NCBI GenBank assembly: GCA_051530055.1
Contig: CM121342.1
Span: 11,361,480-11,425,479, forward strand
DNA from: Neoechinorhynchus agilis
Taxonomy: Eukaryota > Animalia > Acanthocephala
Direction: 5' to 3'
DNA: 64,000 nt
Shown: in pieces, positions 60,046-64,000 of the stretch
Numbering within the stretch: position 1 is the first letter of the stretch
Layout of the letters: every line of letters starts with the position of its first letter
Made by a program: the position numbers and the translations under genes
The notes under the pieces: generated by a model
What the model saw: the letters and a program-made list of their open reading frames with translations, nothing else
Told to the model about the DNA's origin: nothing
Databases searched by the model: none

Positions 60046-61377
60046 CCGCCTTATAAAAACACTTTAAAAATAAAATTACTAATTTAGAATAAAACCTTTT
60101 TCTTTCAAAATATTCCCTTTATTAATTTTAGCCTTTTCTGAAATTCAAATAAATAGAATTAAAGTTAATTTAAAAGCTAAGGAGATAAACACCAACTCTT
60201 TTTAAAGCAACATCCAAACGCAATTGAAACTGATTTTAAATAATGGAAAGTCACGTCCATCCAGCAACAAAATGATGCTTCACGAAACTTTGGTTTTTGA
60301 GGTTGCGTACCTTATTTACGTGGATTCTACTGAATGCTTCGTCCGTTCGTTACGGTTTCGCGGTTGAGAAACTCTTAATGAATACGCGTCAAGCGAAAAT
60401 CTGGTCTCATATGGAATATTGAAAACTCACATTTCAATGAATTTCTCTCTGGTAAAAAATCTTGGTCAGTTTTTAACTTTACTCTCATTTTAAAAGCTCT
60501 TGTTAATTAATCAGCCGAATTCTTATGTACAGATTTTGTAAATAGGTAATCACATGAAATAAGCAAAAACTCAAGTCCAACTCGTTTCAATGACTTAAAT
60601 AGAAAATATTTTTGGACGAGAATATTCTTTTTTGAGAAGGCACCTTTTATATTGCAGCAAAATCACTCATTTCAATGTCCACCAAAAAAACAAAGAGTGT
60701 ATTTAAAAGCAGAGTTCGTTAAAATTGAATGGAAAAATTACGCCGAAGAACATCCGTAAAAACTCAAAATTCCGCATCGAGGTTTTTCGATAGCATATCA
60801 TTGGACAGATTAAGATCTATATTAAAACGAGAATGATGTAAAACTAATCCCAATTAAAATTAAAGGAATCAAACATTTCCCTTGGAGTTCTGTCTTATAT
60901 GTTAAAGCTATTTTAAATCTTGGATTTGCTCCTTTCGGCTATTAAACAAAATGCGAATCTTCGTCAATTTTCCATTAGAGAATGTATTCAATCGGTGATT
61001 ATACCGAAAAGCAATAAAAGAAATTACCAGGAGTTTCTAATCGTAGGCAAGAAATCATCTACAATATTAAAAAATCACAATCTTTTTTCCTTATCTGCTT
61101 CAAATAAACCACAATTTGTCTCTCTTAGAACGATTTATTGAGAAAATTTTAATAAAATTCATTTTAGCAATAGATAAAAGATGATCATGTTCTCATAAGA
61201 TAAAATGCTACAAGTCAAAATGGACGCGGAAAATCCAAACAGGAAAAACAGTAAAGTAATGTGTTCATGGTTAAAAGTAAACTCCATCAACAAAAAGGAC
61301 TTATTATCCCAGTAAAACACCGATATCGAGTGCTCCTACAAGTCATCTAAAACGTTTTTACACTATTAAAACCGAGT

Positions 61378-64000
61378 TCAATCGAATGGAATAAGCAACG
61401 GATCATTCACTTCCCAAATACTTTTTTCATCAGCAACAGTCGGTTGACAGTCCGCATAGAGAACATCGATTGCTCCGGTTCCGGCACGAATCGGAACACC
61501 AGTGATAATACGTTCGCTTATTCCAATGAGATCATCTTTCTGCGAATAGTATCCAGCGTCATACAGATGATCGATGGTTTGTTCAAAAGAAGCGAGCATC
61601 AATGGACTTTCCTTCATTTTACTAAGCCCACTTCTGGTCATTCCTACCACTTCGCCTTTTGCGGTCATCGTATCCGTCAGCAGCATCACGTGCCTTGCAT
61701 CGACGCTAATCCCATGGCTCTTCATGGTATCGCAGATTTCCTTCAAGATAATCTGCCTTGCAGCTTCAATTCCTAAGACCTTCGATGTCTCTAAAATATC
61801 ATTCGACTTACATCTTGACAAATCAAGGCCAACAACTTGTGAGACGATCGACTGAAGCCCGTTTCCTTCGGCTAGAACTTGGACTTCACCATCTTCTTCA
61901 TTAACAAAAACCCGTTTGACGCTCTCAATTCCGCTGACGATAACTTGCGGCAGTCGAGCAGCGAATGAAAGCAAAGTAGCTTGAATATCTATGGTTTCCA
62001 GTGGCGGTCTTACTAAAAATCTCGATTCATTCATCATTAGCATTTTTACGTCCTTCTCACTCACTATACTCAGCCTCACATTCTTCATCTTCTTCTTCCT
62101 ACTTTGTTCGAGAATAGATTCACATACAGTCCGTGCATTCACACATAATCCCATCTCAATGATTTTGAACATGTTCAAGCTCACCAGCAAATAACAGTCG
62201 TGATCATTTAATATCATTTTGGCCGAATCAAGAATATCTTTAAGGCGTACACATTCAATCCTGGCACGTATTCTATTGCCTTCATCAATGGTCCCACCAC
62301 GTTCTAATGGAAGACTCAAGACCGGAGTTTTCACATTCTTAACAGCATTAACAAGCTCTTTTATCCTCGGAACGCCCAATGTAATGTTCATCGATGCTAC
62401 ACCGGCAAAATGGAAAGTCTTTAAAGTCATTTGAGTGCACGGTTCGCCCACACTCTGTGCACATATAGAACCTACAGGAGTGCCGGGCTCAACTAAGCAT
62501 CGTGATTGTTTCAAAAGGCACTCGTCCAAAAAATCCTTTAACTGTTCGCGGCTCATATGTTTTACTTCAGTGTATTGATGACCGTATTTTTCCATCTTTC
62601 GCATCTCATCGGCTTTTTGGATCAAAAAGCGCTTGAGTTCACCTATTCGATCCTCACTGAAATAACGGGAAAACTCTGGGTTCCAATCTAAACATCTCTG
62701 TGCCTCAATTATGAATTCATCGGCGCTTAAGACGTTCATATCAATGAAACCGGAGGAGAGACGACGGCGCTTGTGGAAACCACGAGCTCGGCAGTGATCA
62801 TACACTCGGTCTAAATCAAAAGAGTAGTCGTTCTTAAGAGTCTCCATGTGGCAGGGGTCCAGACCGTCTGATCCGTATTTAAATTGAATTATGTCGCCTG
62901 ATGCAGAACGCACCGAATAGTCGTAGGCGCAATAAAGATCTTCTAAGGCGACGGTGATTCACTCTTCAGTAGTCATTTTCCTCTAATAGGTCATCTAACG
63001 AGAATTAACGATATTAATCAGAGAAAAATGTCATCAGTTTACCCGTTTAGATCAATCAATAACGAATTGGGTAAAGTAACAGCAAGGAATGAGAGAAATT
63101 CAAAAACGGAAGCCTAATAAATCACTAAAGAAAGTGTCCCCCATTTTGGATAATCGCCGTCACTATCTAAGCATTTGACAAGACGCCTTTGCATGTATCC
63201 TGTCTCAGCTGTCTTTACTGCAGTATCCACCAAACCCTCTCGTCCGGCCATCGCGTGGAAAAAGAACTCAAAAGCTTTGAGCCCACTTCTGAAACTGTTT
63301 TCGATGAACCCATAAGCTGCTGGATCTTTCGATCGCGGTTTAAAGCAGCAGAGGCATCGTGCCTGATACCGGTCCTCCTTTATTCGTGATCCACTCACTG
63401 TCTGCTGACCAACACAAGTGACCATCTGACAAACGTTAATCGACGATCCCTTTGATCCGGACAAAGACATGATTCGAGGTGCGTTAGAATCCGGAAGGTA
63501 TTTGAGACATTCCGTACCGATTGTGTTACGAAGCTCTGATAATTTCGCATTAAGAAGAGATTCAAGATTTGCTTCATTGTCGCATCCGATAGCACCTTCA
63601 ACCTCACCCTTGGCGAACGCATTGCTCTTTCCTTCACAATATTCATAACCGTTGGCAAGAATTTGTGAACGTGCCACCAGAAGAAGATCCGGAGCGTTTA
63701 CATCTGCGAGACCAAGAGAGAGTCCTCTTTGAAGGAGATAAGCGATTGAGACGCGAGCTAATCGCCACATAACGTCGGCACAGTACTGTGCATCGCCATC
63801 ACGAAGAGCATAGAAAAGAATATTTTGTTTTGAGCCTGAACCAATCACTGATTTATCAATACGTCCGCAAATTAGATTGCCGTTCCGTACGACAATAAAA
63901 GTATCATCCGAGTCCAAGTCCTCTGCTGCACCTTTATAAAACTTTGATCCACATCTAAGGTTTACCAAATATTGCTCGTCATTCGGTCTAAGAATCATAC
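61378..64000 (-). CDS. POLR3A: RNA polymerase III largest subunit RPC1, 3' part (runs off the window end)
   Basis: [50 protein letters not shown]|[57 protein letters not shown]. Confidence 0.95.

Overview
This is an AT-rich, gene-dense eukaryotic window, almost certainly from a fast-evolving metazoan (TFAP2, INTS6, SLC17, furin-type convertase). Most introns are about 45-55 nt and GT-AG. Recognisable genes: tetraspanin, PSMC5, a fragmented mitochondrial-type AlaRS, GatA/QRSL1, SRA1-like, an exosome RNase PH subunit, DDX47, SLC17, LAMTOR5-like, RPS7 (two copies, with an H1-like N-terminal extension), DCAF13, an NCS-like EF-hand gene, SLC7, TFAP2, INTS6 and the 3' part of POLR3A. Retroelement remnants include Penelope-like, CR1/L2-like, RLE-type, Gypsy and a near-intact APE-type LINE. 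Two things stand out. (1) A ~391-bp tRNA-derived SINE/retrozyme-like repeat is present in six copies. It carries a complete hammerhead ribozyme core whose three strands are joined in an order that is not type I, II or III, with compensatory base changes between subfamilies. (2) Four introns in conserved genes (GatA, POLR3A, EF-hand, SLC7) restore the conserved protein only with non-canonical ends (AT-AG, AT-AG, GT-AA, GT-AT), and each has terminal inverted repeats that pair the intron ends. All alignments and folds were done by eye from remembered consensus sequences; nothing was computed or searched.
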